Source: Neoconidiobolus thromboides FSU 785
Lineage: Eukaryota > Fungi > Entomophthoromycota
Length of the DNA: 64,000 bases
Direction of reading: 5' to 3'
NCBI GenBank assembly: GCA_025603075.1
Contig: MU626344.1
Location: 21,991 to 85,990, forward strand
The position numbers were made by a program, and so were the translations under genes. Shown here piece by piece: positions 28,671 to 41,339 of this stretch (position 1 is its first letter; every line of letters starts with the position of its first letter). The notes beneath the pieces were generated by a model, which did not search any database, was not told where the DNA came from, and saw only the letters and a list, made by a program, of their open reading frames with translations.

Positions 28671-28722
28671 TAAAGATAATTATTAAATATGCCTAATTAA
28701 AGAGTATTTATTCATTTGCATT

Positions 28723-31320
28723 TTATTTTAAATAAAGTGGTAAAACACATCTTGCAGATATACAATCCAATATCCAGTAATAAGGAACAGAACAATGATC
28801 ATCAATGTTAGAATCACTCGGATATACTTTTAGCACGTGGTTTTTATTTGGAAAAGGAATTAATCTAAAATTATTGACTAATGCAAAATTTTTATACTCA
28901 CCATCTTCACTCCCATGATTATCATCATTGTTATTACTTAATATATTCTTTCCCTTATCATTTTGTAGTAAAATATTATAACTTCCATTCAAACTCAACA
29001 TACTTTTAAACTTTGTTATGTTCAAGTTCTTCTCTTCAGTTATGGATGGAATTAGAATACTATAATCATCATAGTCATAGCTTATTTTACCATCCAAAAG
29101 TGAGATTAACTTAATTAAATCTTCTTTGCTTGGCCTAACATTTTTGAAGTTACCTACAAAAGCAAATGAATATCCATCAAAAAAATTAAGTTTATTCAAT
29201 GATTTCATGGGCTGAATACTATTTATTAACGGTCCATATGCTTTAGTACCATAAGTATAATAATCCATTTCCTCAATAACCCTTTCCTCTAATAAACTAT
29301 CGAATAGCCAATTTACATCTACTACATTTACGTTATGAATTAAACATAGTAAATATTTAAACGTTCTTTGTGCAATCAGTCTACCATTATGCTGAGTGCC
29401 ATCTACAATTAGATGACTAATTTTACCATAGCTTAGATCCTTTTTCACTTCTTTAATTAGGATTCCGACAGTATTTAATTCCTCCATCGTTTTATCCACT
29501 TTCTTTCTCATATTCAGTGTTAAATTTGAAAACGCTATATAAATAGGCTTATTGTTAGGCGCCTTACCGTTATCATTAACATTCTCTTTTATTAACTTGG
29601 TCATCTTATTCTTATTAGAATGACTTTGACTTGATTCTTTACTAGCTGTATGATCTATATTACTAGATGTTCTTTTCTGCGCTTTGCTTTTAATATTCAT
29701 AGCTATTTTAATCTGTCGCTTTAGTACCTCATCAACTCTATCTTTATGATCTTTTTTTGGCCCTCCACATCCTTCACATGCCTTATAGCGTGGATTATTT
29801 AAGTAAGTACAACTTAAGCACTCCCACCTATCTTTACTGTATATATTACTTTGTGTATTTATTTTACACTTATTTTTCTTTGGTCTTTCTTTAACTATAT
29901 ATTTTTGGACCTCCTCAGGTTTAATTTCTTCATCTCTTTCTTCCATTTTTACAAGTTTATTATTTAATAATGTATTTGGCTTATAATGATATTTTACTGC
30001 TGTACATTTGATTGTTATTTTCTTACTGACTTCGTATTTATTAGGTGGTTCTATTTTATTTGTATTCTTATTACTTAAACTATTATTCAAATTTCCATTG
30101 TTATTTAAATTATCTTTGAAGCTATTATTACTAGTCGTACTTGTGTAATAATTTTCTAGTATAAGTTGATTTGCGATATCCTTAGTATTATGACTCAAAA
30201 CTGGTTTATCTTGAGATAATTCATGTGGTCTTACATTATCCTTAAACTCTTCTTTATTATCTTCTTTATTATCTTCTTTATCAACTAAAATACTTTCATT
30301 GAATATCATCTGGTTCTCACAAACTCCATTTGAATCATTATTTTCGTATGCATTAGTTTCATCACTATTTAATATATGAGTTTCATACTTCCTGTCCGCT
30401 TCTTTATTACTTAGTTCATGGTCATAACTCCTACTAACGCCCAAATTATATTCCCTAATTAATCTTTCTTGATCAAAAAAAGTAAGTTGAACTGAACGTC
30501 CTGTTTTAATAGGCTTCTTTTCAGATAAGTTATCCTTAATTGGGACCACTTCTTGATTGTTAGTTTCTTCGGGTGAAGGTGTAAAAAGGGCATTTTTTAA
30601 TAGCGAATGAGCATCTGACTGTGTTTCAGCCTCATTAGTAATTTCTTCTGGTGATGTAAAATAGATTTTCTTTAGTTCTGTGTCAATATTCGAGTCATTC
30701 ATACTTTTCTGATTAGCTCCCTTTTCTTTAGCATCGTCTTTTAAACCCCCTTTCAATCTAAATTGACTTTGATGATTGATCGCTTTTTCTTTTGTATTAA
30801 AGTTTATTATCTCATCCAATTCAACTGTAGTTTCTCTATGAATATCTTTTTCTTTCAACTTTCGATCTCGTTTATTAGCTTCTTTTCCTCTTGCATCACA
30901 ATTTAAATTTTCCTTCAGTTTAGCTCCGATGTCCTTCTTAGCCTCGTTTTGTTTCGTGTCACTACTCGATACTTCTTTTAGCCTAGTTCCTCTTTGGCTA
31001 TTAAGTTCTTTTTCATTTACATTGCCCTCTACTTCTTCCAAGCTCTCTTTGTCTGGCTCAAACAATAGCTCTTGAAGATCACTAAATAGATTTTGAATTT
31101 CTGTCAAACTATTACTCGCCTTCAGATTGCCTGGAAACGCTAAACATTTACATTGTGGACACATACCCCTTGTACCCACATACATCAAAGCACAATCAAA
31201 ACAAAACGAATGTCCACAGGAGTACAGTGTACTTGGTGATTCCGTTGGCTTGAAACAGATATTGCAAGTCAATAAATCGGCTATGTTTTTTAGCCTTGTT
31301 TTGAAGCTGGGAGGTGACAT
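28723..31320 (-). CDS. BARD1/BRCA1-like protein: RING + RanBP2-type zinc finger + tandem BRCT
   Basis: Intronless 865-aa ORF. C3HC4 RING CNIC...CGHSFCFDC...CPQC is followed by the helix NLKASNSLTEIQNLFSDLQELL. WECLSCTYLNNPRYKACEGC is a RanBP2 ZnF. BRCT1 RTFKYLLCL...VNWLFDSL and BRCT2 FFDGYSFAFVGNF...KEDLIKLI...YWILDCIS. Confidence 0.8.
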   Translation of the reverse strand: MSPPSFKTRLKNIADLLTCNICFKPTESPSTLYSCGHSFCFDCALMYVGTRGMCPQCKCLAFPGNLKASNSLTEIQNLFSDLQELLFEPDKESLEEVEGNVNEKELNSQRGTRLKEVSSSDTKQNEAKKDIGAKLKENLNCDARGKEANKRDRKLKEKDIHRETTVELDEIINFNTKEKAINHQSQFRLKGGLKDDAKEKGANQKSMNDSNIDTELKKIYFTSPEEITNEAETQSDAHSLLKNALFTPSPEETNNQEVVPIKDNLSEKKPIKTGRSVQLTFFDQERLIREYNLGVSRSYDHELSNKEADRKYETHILNSDETNAYENNDSNGVCENQMIFNESILVDKEDNKEDNKEEFKDNVRPHELSQDKPVLSHNTKDIANQLILENYYTSTTSNNSFKDNLNNNGNLNNSLSNKNTNKIEPPNKYEVSKKITIKCTAVKYHYKPNTLLNNKLVKMEERDEEIKPEEVQKYIVKERPKKNKCKINTQSNIYSKDRWECLSCTYLNNPRYKACEGCGGPKKDHKDRVDEVLKRQIKIAMNIKSKAQKRTSSNIDHTASKESSQSHSNKNKMTKLIKENVNDNGKAPNNKPIYIAFSNLTLNMRKKVDKTMEELNTVGILIKEVKKDLSYGKISHLIVDGTQHNGRLIAQRTFKYLLCLIHNVNVVDVNWLFDSLLEERVIEEMDYYTYGTKAYGPLINSIQPMKSLNKLNFFDGYSFAFVGNFKNVRPSKEDLIKLISLLDGKISYDYDDYSILIPSITEEKNLNITKFKSMLSLNGSYNILLQNDKGKNILSNNNDDNHGSEDGEYKNFALVNNFRLIPFPNKNHVLKVYPSDSNIDDHCSVPYYWILDCISARCVLPLYLK

Positions 31321-31662
31321 TTTGGTTATAAATTGGAAATAAAGAAAGAATCTAAATTTAGTAAACTAAGTACTATTATCATCAGTTTTCGTGTATGCAG
31401 TTTAGTTCTAAGTTTATTAAATGAAACTATTGTTGAATTCAATCATAATCTATTGGTTAGAAAATATCAAAAATTGAAATATTACATTAATAAATTGAGT
31501 AGATTTTATCATTTTAGTATAAGCAAGCTAAGTTAACTTACACTCACCTGCTCAACTTTCATTATATTAACATTGACTTGCTAGAAAATGTAAACTATAA
31601 ACTAATACTATCTTCATAATACTTAAATCAAAAATAAGCTATAAAACACAAATAAAATTTAA

Positions 31663-33914
31663 TTAAAAGGTAAACTCTTCACGGAAAGAATTGATGTCTT
31701 TAGCGTCGCATTTCTCTACCAAATCGGTACGATCCAACATATACAAGGTCATTCTCAAAGTATCCCATACATGAGAAGAGGATCTAGTACTATTGAGAGG
31801 TAATGAAGAACCAGAAGGATCCTTAGTGTTATTTTCTTGAGATTGTAAAGATAAAGCAGCTAAGAGGTGTTCGGCAGCTTCATGATATTGGCCAAGGTTG
31901 ATAGAACTGATAGCTAGATTGTATCTAGCTCTTATAAAGGTAGGGTTCAATTCTAAAGCTTTGAAGTAAGCTTCCATGGCCTTGGATGGTTCTTGGCTAT
32001 TGGCTAAGGTGGCACCTAATTTATTCCATAATAAATAATCCTAAATATATTTAGTTAATAAAATATAATAATATCATAGAAGTCATTACATCTGGTCTGG
32101 TAGATAAAGCAGATTCAAAACAGTCTACTGCTTTATCATATTCCTCAGAAATATTCAATAAAACACCTAAAGCAATTTGTACTTCTGGATCAAAAGTATC
32201 GGTAGTATTAGCCCTAACTGCATCTAAGTAAAGGTTGAATATGTATTCATGGCGTTGATCCCCATTTTGTGGCGGGTTGGGTCTAACAAGATGTTTATAG
32301 GTTGGGCTGTTTTGTACCCATGATTCTAAAGCATCATACGCATCATTGATGCAATTTTCATTGGTATAAGAAACTGCTAAAGCTAACCAAGCATCACATA
32401 AAGAGGGGTCCAAAGATACTGCTTGTCTCAATGCAGCAATGGCAGCTGCTTCCCTTTCATTTTCTTGTTGTCTTAATCCTAATTTATGCCATGCAGAGGC
32501 ATCTTCTGGATTAATTTGGGTTTTTGCTTCCAGAGCAGGTAAGGAAGTAGCAAGGTCCTTACTGTTGATAGCAGAATCTAAAATTTCTTGTGGTGCATCC
32601 AAAAAATGATTCACTTTCGAGAATGGATAATGATCATAAATTGGATTAGCAGATCGATTGATCTTCGAGGCAGTTTCATATTTTTCCCAATCTTTTTGTA
32701 ATTTGTCCCATTCAATGTCTTGCGGATTTTCATTCATACTGAGTATTTGTTCTTTATAGTCGTCTACCCAATTACTAAATTTAAAGGCTTGCTCAAATTC
32801 TTCATCTGATAACTCAGCAAGACTAGTTTTTGGCTCGTCAAATCTTTCATCTTGGCTTTGAATAAATTCTTCTGCCCAATTCTTAGTCACATCTTGTGGA
32901 TTGAGTCCATTTAATTTTGAAGAATCTAAATGACCTGTAGAGGTCATTCCATCGCTCTGCTTGAAACTTTCACCTGTTTCTACAATTTTATCACCATCCA
33001 CCTTCAGTTCACCATCACTAAATCCTTTGACCATATTAATAAATTTAGAATCTCTAAATTTAGGATTTGAGTCAACATCTACGTTATTAAGAAGCATTTC
33101 AGCTGTTTTCGCCATTAAATCTTTCTCGCTAACTGTTTCTTTATTGTTCAATATTTCTTCCTGTGCTTTTTCAAATATTTGAGCCCATTGAGTGCTATCC
33201 ATGCTAGGCTGTTTTACTGATACTGAAGGCTGCTCATAGACTAGAAATAATAAATATTTATATCAAATTTTAATAATAATTTTACTCATAGGACGGGCCA
33301 TTGGCATAAAAGGACGATGAAAGGGCATCATTCTATTGGTTCTCATTTCCATAGGGCGACTATTTTCTTGAGTCACATGGAATTTTGAAAATTCTTGACC
33401 CCACTCAGAATGGGATTGACTTTGATTTGAGTGCACCTCCATATTGTTATGAAAATGGCTTGTACTTGGACCTTCTATGGCCATATGCTCAAATTCTTCC
33501 ACGAAATCTTTGTTCATTTGGCGATGCCCCAAAACCTGCTCCCTTTGGTATAAGGACATGCCTTCTAATTCATTAGACACCCTCCCTAACATTGGGCCAT
33601 CTTTCATAAATCGAGCATGGTTGTTAAAGTCTAAATGCTATAAAAGAATAAGTTTTTGGCTTTATGTTATATAGAAATAAACTACATTTTGATCTTCACG
33701 ATGCATAGCTAAGTTTTGGAAGTTCTAAATCTGTCAATAAATGAAATTTAACAATAATGTGGCTAATTACCTGCTCTGCATGAAATTGATTCCCATTTAA
33801 GTTTTGATTTTCTCTCATATTACCGCCACTAATTTGAGGCAGTAATTTGGCTAATGGATTATTACTCCCAGAACAATCTGGACCACCAGTAATTATATCT
33901 TTTAAGGCTGACAT
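31663..33914 (-). CDS. PEX5: Peroxisomal PTS1 receptor, multi-exon
   Basis: N-terminal conserved Cys (PDCSGSNNPL), several WxxxF/Y motifs (WGQEF, WAQIF, WAEEF, WVDDY), and TPR repeats (AWHKLGLRQQENEREAAAIAAL, LWNKLGATLANSQ, ALELNPTFIRARYNLAISSINLG). Confidence 0.95.
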
Positions 33915-34029
33915 GTTTTTCAATTAATTTTTAAAAAAGTAAAATTATAATTAATAATCGATTGCTTTTATTTTTTTAGCTATACTTTGATTTTCATGCT
34001 ATTTTGGTTTGGCTTTTAATGCCCTTCAA

Positions 34030-34034
34030 CCAAT
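34030..34034. promoter_or_regulatory. CCAAT box (NF-Y/Hap-type) upstream of PEX5, representative of several promoters
   Basis: AACCAATCA ~115 bp upstream of the PEX5 ATG. Similar CCAAT/ATTGG sites at 26376 (SET/CDC40), 36203 (eIF2-gamma), 46137 (NOG2), 54084 (secreted protein), and 55708/55791 (mS45/Tim17). Confidence 0.45.
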
Positions 34035-34279
34035 CAAAAAAAAGTATATGGTGACTAATACGTCTTAGTGGAGCTGGTAATTTGTAGCTTAGGACTAAAC
34101 TTTAGTTAAAATGAGTCCAATGATAATGAGTAAAAAACAACTCCTCTAATAATAAAATATTTTAAAATATAGAACAAACTATAAACTCACAAAAAAAATA
34201 AATTAAAAAAATAAATTCTATTTTATAACAAATTATAAGATTTTATATAAACTGCTTTTCTAGATATAGTACATCTTAT

Positions 34280-36104
34280 TTAATTATCAAGTTCAATTGT
34301 GGCTCCACGCTTAATTTTGCCCCATCCAATAAGTCTATTAATAATAAATTAATACTCTTGATACTATTATTATTGCTATACAATTTACCTCCAATGTTTA
34401 TCAATACGACGGGACAAAGCAATCTTTTCGCCTAACTCAGTACAAGCTGGGGAAGTTAAAGCAATCTTAGCCATATCTCCCTTAACAGTCAACACTCTGC
34501 CACCAGTAGAAGTAGAACCAATATTTACCATTAATACTTCGGCTTTGGCTAATTTTTGTACCTATAATGATTATGAATTTCTATAATTAACATTGTAAAT
34601 TAAAATTACTTTAGCCTGTTTTTTATCATCTGTCTTTACACCAAGTAATCGACGTAACAAAAAGAAATTAATTTCCAATTCCGTATAAATGGCTGGTAAT
34701 TTGCCTACAGCTCCTAACACCTAATAATGATTTAATAAAGCTAAAAACATTATTTTCCTATCATTTACTTGTCCAACCAAACGATCAGCACGACACAATG
34801 TAGGATCAATTTTAGTACCAACACCTAAAAACTAATTAATCTATTTAATTTGCTGTATATGTTGTATTTTACCAATTAAACCTCCAGGAACAGCAAAGGC
34901 TAATTGATTACTTTCAGCAAGTAAAGTAACAATCCTTGAGAAAATAGGTCTAACTTTAAGGGAACCTTCAGCATCCTTAGTTACAATACCTGGTCTAACT
35001 TCAATTTCATCTCCTAACTAATAGAAAATTGATATAAAATATTTACTTTAAAATCAAAGTCCCTTACTTTAAGAACGCCAGTAAGTAAAGATCCACCAGC
35101 AACACCACCCTTAAGATCAGCAACTTCAGATCCAGGCTTATTAACATCGAATGAACGAATAACAATTAATCTAGGATCGGATGTAAAGTCTCTTACAGGA
35201 ACTGGAATACGCTTGCAAATATACTCATTAACAGCATCAATATTGTATTTCAATTGTGCAGAAATGGGTACAATAGGTGCACCATCAGCTACAGTACCAC
35301 GTACAAAGTCTAAGATGGATTGATAATGCTCTTCAGCTGCACTTGGTTTGATTAAATCCACTTTATTTTGTAATATAATAATGTGCTGTAACTTCATAAT
35401 CTCAATAGCTGCTAAATGCTCTGAAGTTTGAGGTTGAGGACAGGATTCATTACCGGCAATAAGTAATAATGCTGCGTCCATCACAGCAGCTCCGTTTAAC
35501 ATGGTAGCCATAAGAATATCGTGACCAGGACAATCAACAAATGATACATGACTATTGGGTGTTAATGTTTTTCTTAAATACTGATTGAGATTATTACCGT
35601 TCTAATTTCATGGTTCCACCACAGCCTGGTCTTTCGCAAGGTGGGCTGTCTTCTTTATCAGAACGATAAGAACGATAACATCCTGGTCTTGTACATTCTT
35701 CATTGGTACATTTGTAAATCTGCAAAATTATAAGATGTATTATTATATTAGTTAACTCATTTTTACTTTTGCGTTAGCATAACCAAGTTTAATGGTAATA
35801 TTACGCTCCAATTCGTTCTTAAATCTAACAGTCTACATTAAAATAACGTTAATTTGTAATTTTTTGATTTTTTGTATTCTCCACTTACTTGTACACCAGA
35901 AATGGCTTTTACAACGGTAGATTTACCATGAGCTACGTGACCAATAGTACCTGAATAATTCGTAAATTAATCATTGTTTTATATTTTTTGAATTCATATC
36001 CTACCAATATTGATGGTAGCTTGCTTTGAGATAACCTCAGGATGAAGTGGATGTAAAGTATTAACATCAATATTCATCTTTGGAATTGTTTCTATTTCGG
36101 TCAT
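34280..36104 (-). CDS. GCD11: Translation initiation factor eIF2 gamma subunit, multi-exon
   Basis: [91 protein letters not shown], and C-terminal [12 protein letters not shown]. Confidence 0.97.
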
Positions 36105-36669
36105 TTTTATACGATTAACTAATGTTTAACTTCTATCCCTATCAATAAGAATGTTGGATTGTTTAATCGAGTTGAATTGATTTTTTACTTTTGGTTTGTA
36201 AGCCAATCAAATTTTAGAGTATTTTTAAAAAATTGATGTTTTTATTAAAAATAGTTGATTATGAAGTTTTTTTTAATAAGTAATTAAAGTTTATTTCATC
36301 TATTATAGCTTTTATACTATTATGTTATAGCTTTCAACTGCGCTAGAACTGTCAAATCTGAGTCATCATGATTTTACTTATTTTGAAATTCCTATCTATT
36401 TTGTGTATAAGATAATGTAAACATAATAACAAACATTAATAAAAATTCACAAAAAAAATTAGAGAATATCATAATTACTGCAGTTTTAGATTTAAGAAAT
36501 TTTTATTTTGATAGTCAAGTATTAATCAAATTAAAATACTGTAATGAAAAAAACATATAAAGTATCAAAACAAAACTATAGATAAATTACTATGACTTAA
36601 AACAAAAAAAAGATGAATATAACTTTAATAACAGAAATCATAATAGTAATCTCCATTTTTATTTCTTAA

Positions 36670-37061
36670 TTAAACCCTCATCTCCAATTTTTTCCCCAAC
36701 CACATCACATTATCCAAGTTATCTTTCAACTTATTCACTGTTACTGGGTTAATCAAACAGGAGAGTCCATTACGATTCACTGTTAACCAAGGTATCACTT
36801 GAGAGAACTGTTTAGGCGTAAATACATGTACTTTAAAATATTTGGCAGGATGAGGTGCTATTTAATGTTATTAAGCTATAATTATAAACAAAATTATCAA
36901 TGACTACCTTCTGGCTCCTCTTCAATTTGATAAGCAATGATATCCGGATATTGTCGGATCATGGTATCTCTTAATATTTGGGCTTTTTCGAGTTGACTAG
37001 AGTCTTCGGTAGAACTATAAACGTAAATTTGAAAGTAACTTATTGGGCGTGGAAATTCCAT
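36670..37061 (-). CDS. DOPA 4,5-dioxygenase-like small protein, 2 exons, conserved His substituted
   Basis: Intron 36858-36907 (GT-AG, 50 nt). Product MEFPRPISYFQIYVY...AQILRDTMIRQYP...EEPEAPHP...FSQVIPWLTVNRNGLSCLINPVT...DNLDNVMWLGKKL matches the DOPA_dioxygen pattern (PWL..NR..LS.LIHP.T...DH....WLG). Not in the supplied ORF track. Confidence 0.75.
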
Positions 37062-37440
37062 ATTAATTTGTTTTTAGATATGTAAAGAATGAAGTTTTTT
37101 AATTTCATTATTTGATTTTTAATCAAAAGCATGACTCACTATTTTTTATTTTAATTATGGTGATTTCTATGTTTTTAAAATGTGATTTTAAACCTCTAGT
37201 TACTTAATTTAGCAAATAGTTGTGGTAATATATTACTTTACTATTTGCTTTGGCACTACTATTTATAATTATTATAGTTTGATTAGTAAAAAATTAATAA
37301 AGTTATACTTCTATTTTATAACATATTAGAAATTTTGTATTCATTAATAAAATATGTTTCTACTAAGGTTAATTGAAAAGAATAACTAAAAGCTCTTACT
37401 AAAATTAAAAAAGCAAGTTTTTATGCTTTTATGAATAAAC

Positions 37441-38715
37441 ATGACTTCCAGAGAAACCAACTTATTGTTACAAAGTGAAAAGCTACGATCATTTTTATTA
37501 CAAAATGAAATTGATATAAAAGAATATGACCCAGCAGTTTTGAGCCATCGTTATTTACGAGTTAGGAAGCATATAAAAATAAACCAAGATAAAGATAAGA
37601 AGGTAATTCAGCCAAAAATAATATTCTAGGAACATGTTAGCTAATTATTAAAGGAATCTCAGCCAGATATTCTAAATCTTCACTTATTAAAAACCGAGCT
37701 CAATGAATCCCCAATAATTGTAATCCAGGCTCACTTCCACTTCCTAAAACTACCTAAAACCTTAAAACTCAACCTAACTACCGCATATCAATCAAACCAA
37801 ATCATTGGGATGGATATAAGTTCGGCAATATCTGTACTTGCCTTAGACACCCAGAGCACCGACAGAGTATTAGATTTATGTTGTGCTCCCGGTATGAAAT
37901 TACTTATGATAGCTGAATTGCTTGAAGAAGGTAATATAACTGGAGTAGACATCTCAAAGAGTCGACTATCCACTTGTCGAGCATTGGTAAAGAAATATCA
38001 GGTAGCAAATAAAGTCAAGTTATACTATGGAGACGGTACAATATTTAGAGTTTTGGCTGGAGTAAACAGTAGATGGTTGACAAAGGAACAAAAAGAATGG
38101 TATAGTTTAAATAGTGATGACTTGGGAAAACCTTTTTATGCACCAAAAGAAATGAGGGGATTTAATTTATTATTTGAGGATGAGAATGAGATGGATAAAA
38201 ACAAGATGGAATTACTTTACGACAAGGTATTAGTGGACGCTGAATGTACTCATGATGGTTCTATTGTACATGTTGAGAAGTACCAACAAGAAAAAGAAGG
38301 ATTTACACTGGAACAGCTGGAGGATAAATTGAGTGTGGAGTTAAGTCATAAAAAAAGTGAGTTGCAATTGCAGTTGTTAGTAAATGGATATAAGTTATTG
38401 AAAAAAGGAGGCACTATAGTTTATTCTACTTGTAGCTTTACAAGACAGCAGAATGAATATGTTATTGCAAAGTTTTTAAATCTTATTAAATTTGAGTTAT
38501 TGATGGAACCACCGATAATCAATAGCATTCAACGATTTGTTCCTAAATCCATTCCTTATTTGAAAGGTAAAAATATTGATGAAGAATTTATTGCTAAGAA
38601 TAATATTAACTTGGAGAGTACTATTATCAATCGTTATTTATCAAATGCTATTCGCTTCCTACCTTCAGTCTCAAATACTTCAGGCTTATTTATTATTAGT
38701 TTTAAAAAAGTATAA
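37441..38715 (+). CDS. NOL1/NOP2/Sun-family (NSUN) RNA m5C methyltransferase
   Basis: MDISSAISVLAL, VLDLCCAPGMK (motif I), GVDIS, KVLVDAECTHDG (motif IV Cys), LKKGGTIVYSTCS..RQQNE (motif VI Cys), and TSGLFIISF. One intron near 37602-37654. Confidence 0.85.
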
Positions 38716-38768
38716 TAGAACAATAAAACAACAATAACTAACAATTAACTCTTTTTTATTTCTATTTT

Positions 38769-41225
38769 TCAAATTGAATTCTTATTAACAACACCGTACC
38801 CAAACTGACTCATAGTAAATGAGGCATTACCGTTTGAAATGGACCTTAGAGTAGAAGAATAACCAATCAAGTTAGATAAAGGAACCAAACAAGTAATAGT
38901 GGTATTTTCACTCTGCATATCATTTTCACAAGCTAGGATTTTAGCATTTCGGTTATTATTTAAATCATTTAATAAACTACCGAAATATTTTCTATTACTT
39001 TGGATAATGACCTTCATTTTAGGTTCTAATAACTTAATCATTGCTGAATTTTCTTTCTTTATGATCGCTTCTTGAACCGCCTTATATACCGCTTGTGCTA
39101 TTGTGGATTTAAAATTATTATCTTGATATAATTGAATCGAGTTGATATTAATTTTCATTTTTGTTAATAAATACCCATTTGGCCCGCCCCTTGATATTGC
39201 TGTTGTTATACCATCTATTATGGATTTATGAGCATCTTTCAAAGTGATTAAATTGTCTGTATTAATCTTGGTACCATCTGAACTATGAATATGGATAAAA
39301 GAACTGTCATTATGAAGGGTTATTAGGTTATTGTCTATATTAACTACTACTTCTTTATCATTTATACCCCTCTTTTGTTCTATAATACTGCCTTCATCTG
39401 TTTCTTCTTCGACATCATTTTCATTCAGCAAAGGTTCTAATTTTAATGAAACATTACATTTATTCAATCTATTTAAAATGAAATCTTCAAACATATAATC
39501 TTCTTTAATAGTTTCACCAATTGTTTCTCTATACGAGATAAACACTTTTCCTATCTCTGCTTTAACTTTTAATTCATTAATTAATCTCTCTTTAATAATT
39601 TCTAAATGTAACTCTCCCATCCCGTATAATAGGATCTGTCCACTTTCTTCATCTTTTTTAATTTGTAAAGAAGGATCTTCTAGATTCAAATAATTTAATG
39701 TCTTTAATAAATCTTTTTCATCCGAAATAGAATATGGTTCAATAGAACATACAAACACAGGTGAAGGTAGCTCAATTTCCTTTAGTTTGATAAAATTATT
39801 TTGACTGTTTTGGTTGAATATTAAAGTATCTCCTGTTTTTGTGTGTTTTAGTCCGATGGCTACTACTATATTACCTGCCGAAATCGATGGAATTTCCTTA
39901 TATTCATCAGCGTAAATTTGATATAACTTTTGAATCCTTTCTTTCTTTTGATTGTTGCAATTAATGATATTACTTTTGTTTGTTAAGGTACCTGAATATA
40001 ATCTAATAAATGTAATTGGACCTTTATTTACATCATAAATTACTTTGAATGCTAATCCACAAGTCAACTTATCATTATCGATATTAATTACCTGTTTTTC
40101 TCCATGGCTATTTATAGCGATTGGTGCTTTTTTATCTTTAGGAGAAGGCAAGTAATCAATGACACTATCTAACAAAGGTTGAATCCCAATATTTTTTAAG
40201 CTCGAACCACATAAAATAGGTACTGCTAAATTACTCAAACATACTCTTTTAATAGCTGCTTTTACTTCATCATTATTAACTAATTTCAAATCTCCTTTTT
40301 CCAAATAAATATCCATTATTATGTCATCTATTTCAGCTAACATTTCAATCATTTTTTCTCTTTCACCTGCTGCTATTTCTTTTTCTTGTTGTGTAAACTC
40401 GACCTCTTTGATAATATGCTTATCTTCCCATCCACCTTCATTTTTACCAATTTCAAAATTAATTCTCTTCATCTTAACAAGATCAAGCAATCCAACTAAT
40501 TCGTCCTGGTTTTTGACTTTATTATTTATTAATATTGGTAACTGGCATTTTATACTTTGAACTTTTAATTTTTCTTCAATCATATTAATACTTTTGTTAA
40601 AATCTGCACCTGGTCTATCTAATTTATTAATAAATATAATTCTAGGTACCTCATACTTATCAGCTTGTTTCCAAACCGTTTCTGTTTGTGCTTGAACTCC
40701 GGATACAGCATCCAATATGGTGACTGCTCCATCTAATACTCGAATACTTCTTTCTACTTCCATTGTAAAGTCAACATGACCAGGTGTATCTATCAAATTG
40801 ATCTTATTTCCTTTCCATGGGAATGTAATACAAGCTGAACCTATTGTTATCCCTCGCTCTCTTTCTGCTGGCATGTAATCCATTATAGTATCTCCTGTAT
40901 GTACCTCTAATTGATTTACGTTTGTAAATAGATAATTATTTTTTTGATATTATCGTTATTACCTCCCATCCTTTTTGTGTATCCTGAATAATATAGCATT
41001 CTTTCAGTAGTAGTTGTTTTACCTAGTAAATTAATCAATATTCTAAAATTAAATTGTTATTTTATTACCAGCATCGATATGTGCAATGATCCCAATATTA
41101 CGAATTAAGTTAAAATTTTCATTGTAATTTAATATTGATTTAATAGTAAATTTTCTATTGTTTATTCGAATTTGTTTAGTTAATGTTGTCTTGTTTAAAT
41201 AACTCTTAAATGTATTTAATAACAT
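38769..41225 (-). CDS. MEF2: Mitochondrial ribosome-releasing factor 2 (EF-G2)
   Basis: Basic N-terminal presequence, [72 protein letters not shown], EDPSL...GMGELHLEI. The divergent domain IV is typical of EF-G2. Confidence 0.88.
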
Positions 41226-41339
41226 TTTGGTTTTATTAAAAGTATATTTTTTGAGATTTTAAAAATTAAATTAATATTAAAAATGCAATATTTGACTAAA
41301 AATGCAAAAAGTGAGACGAATTTCATTAAATAAATTTAA

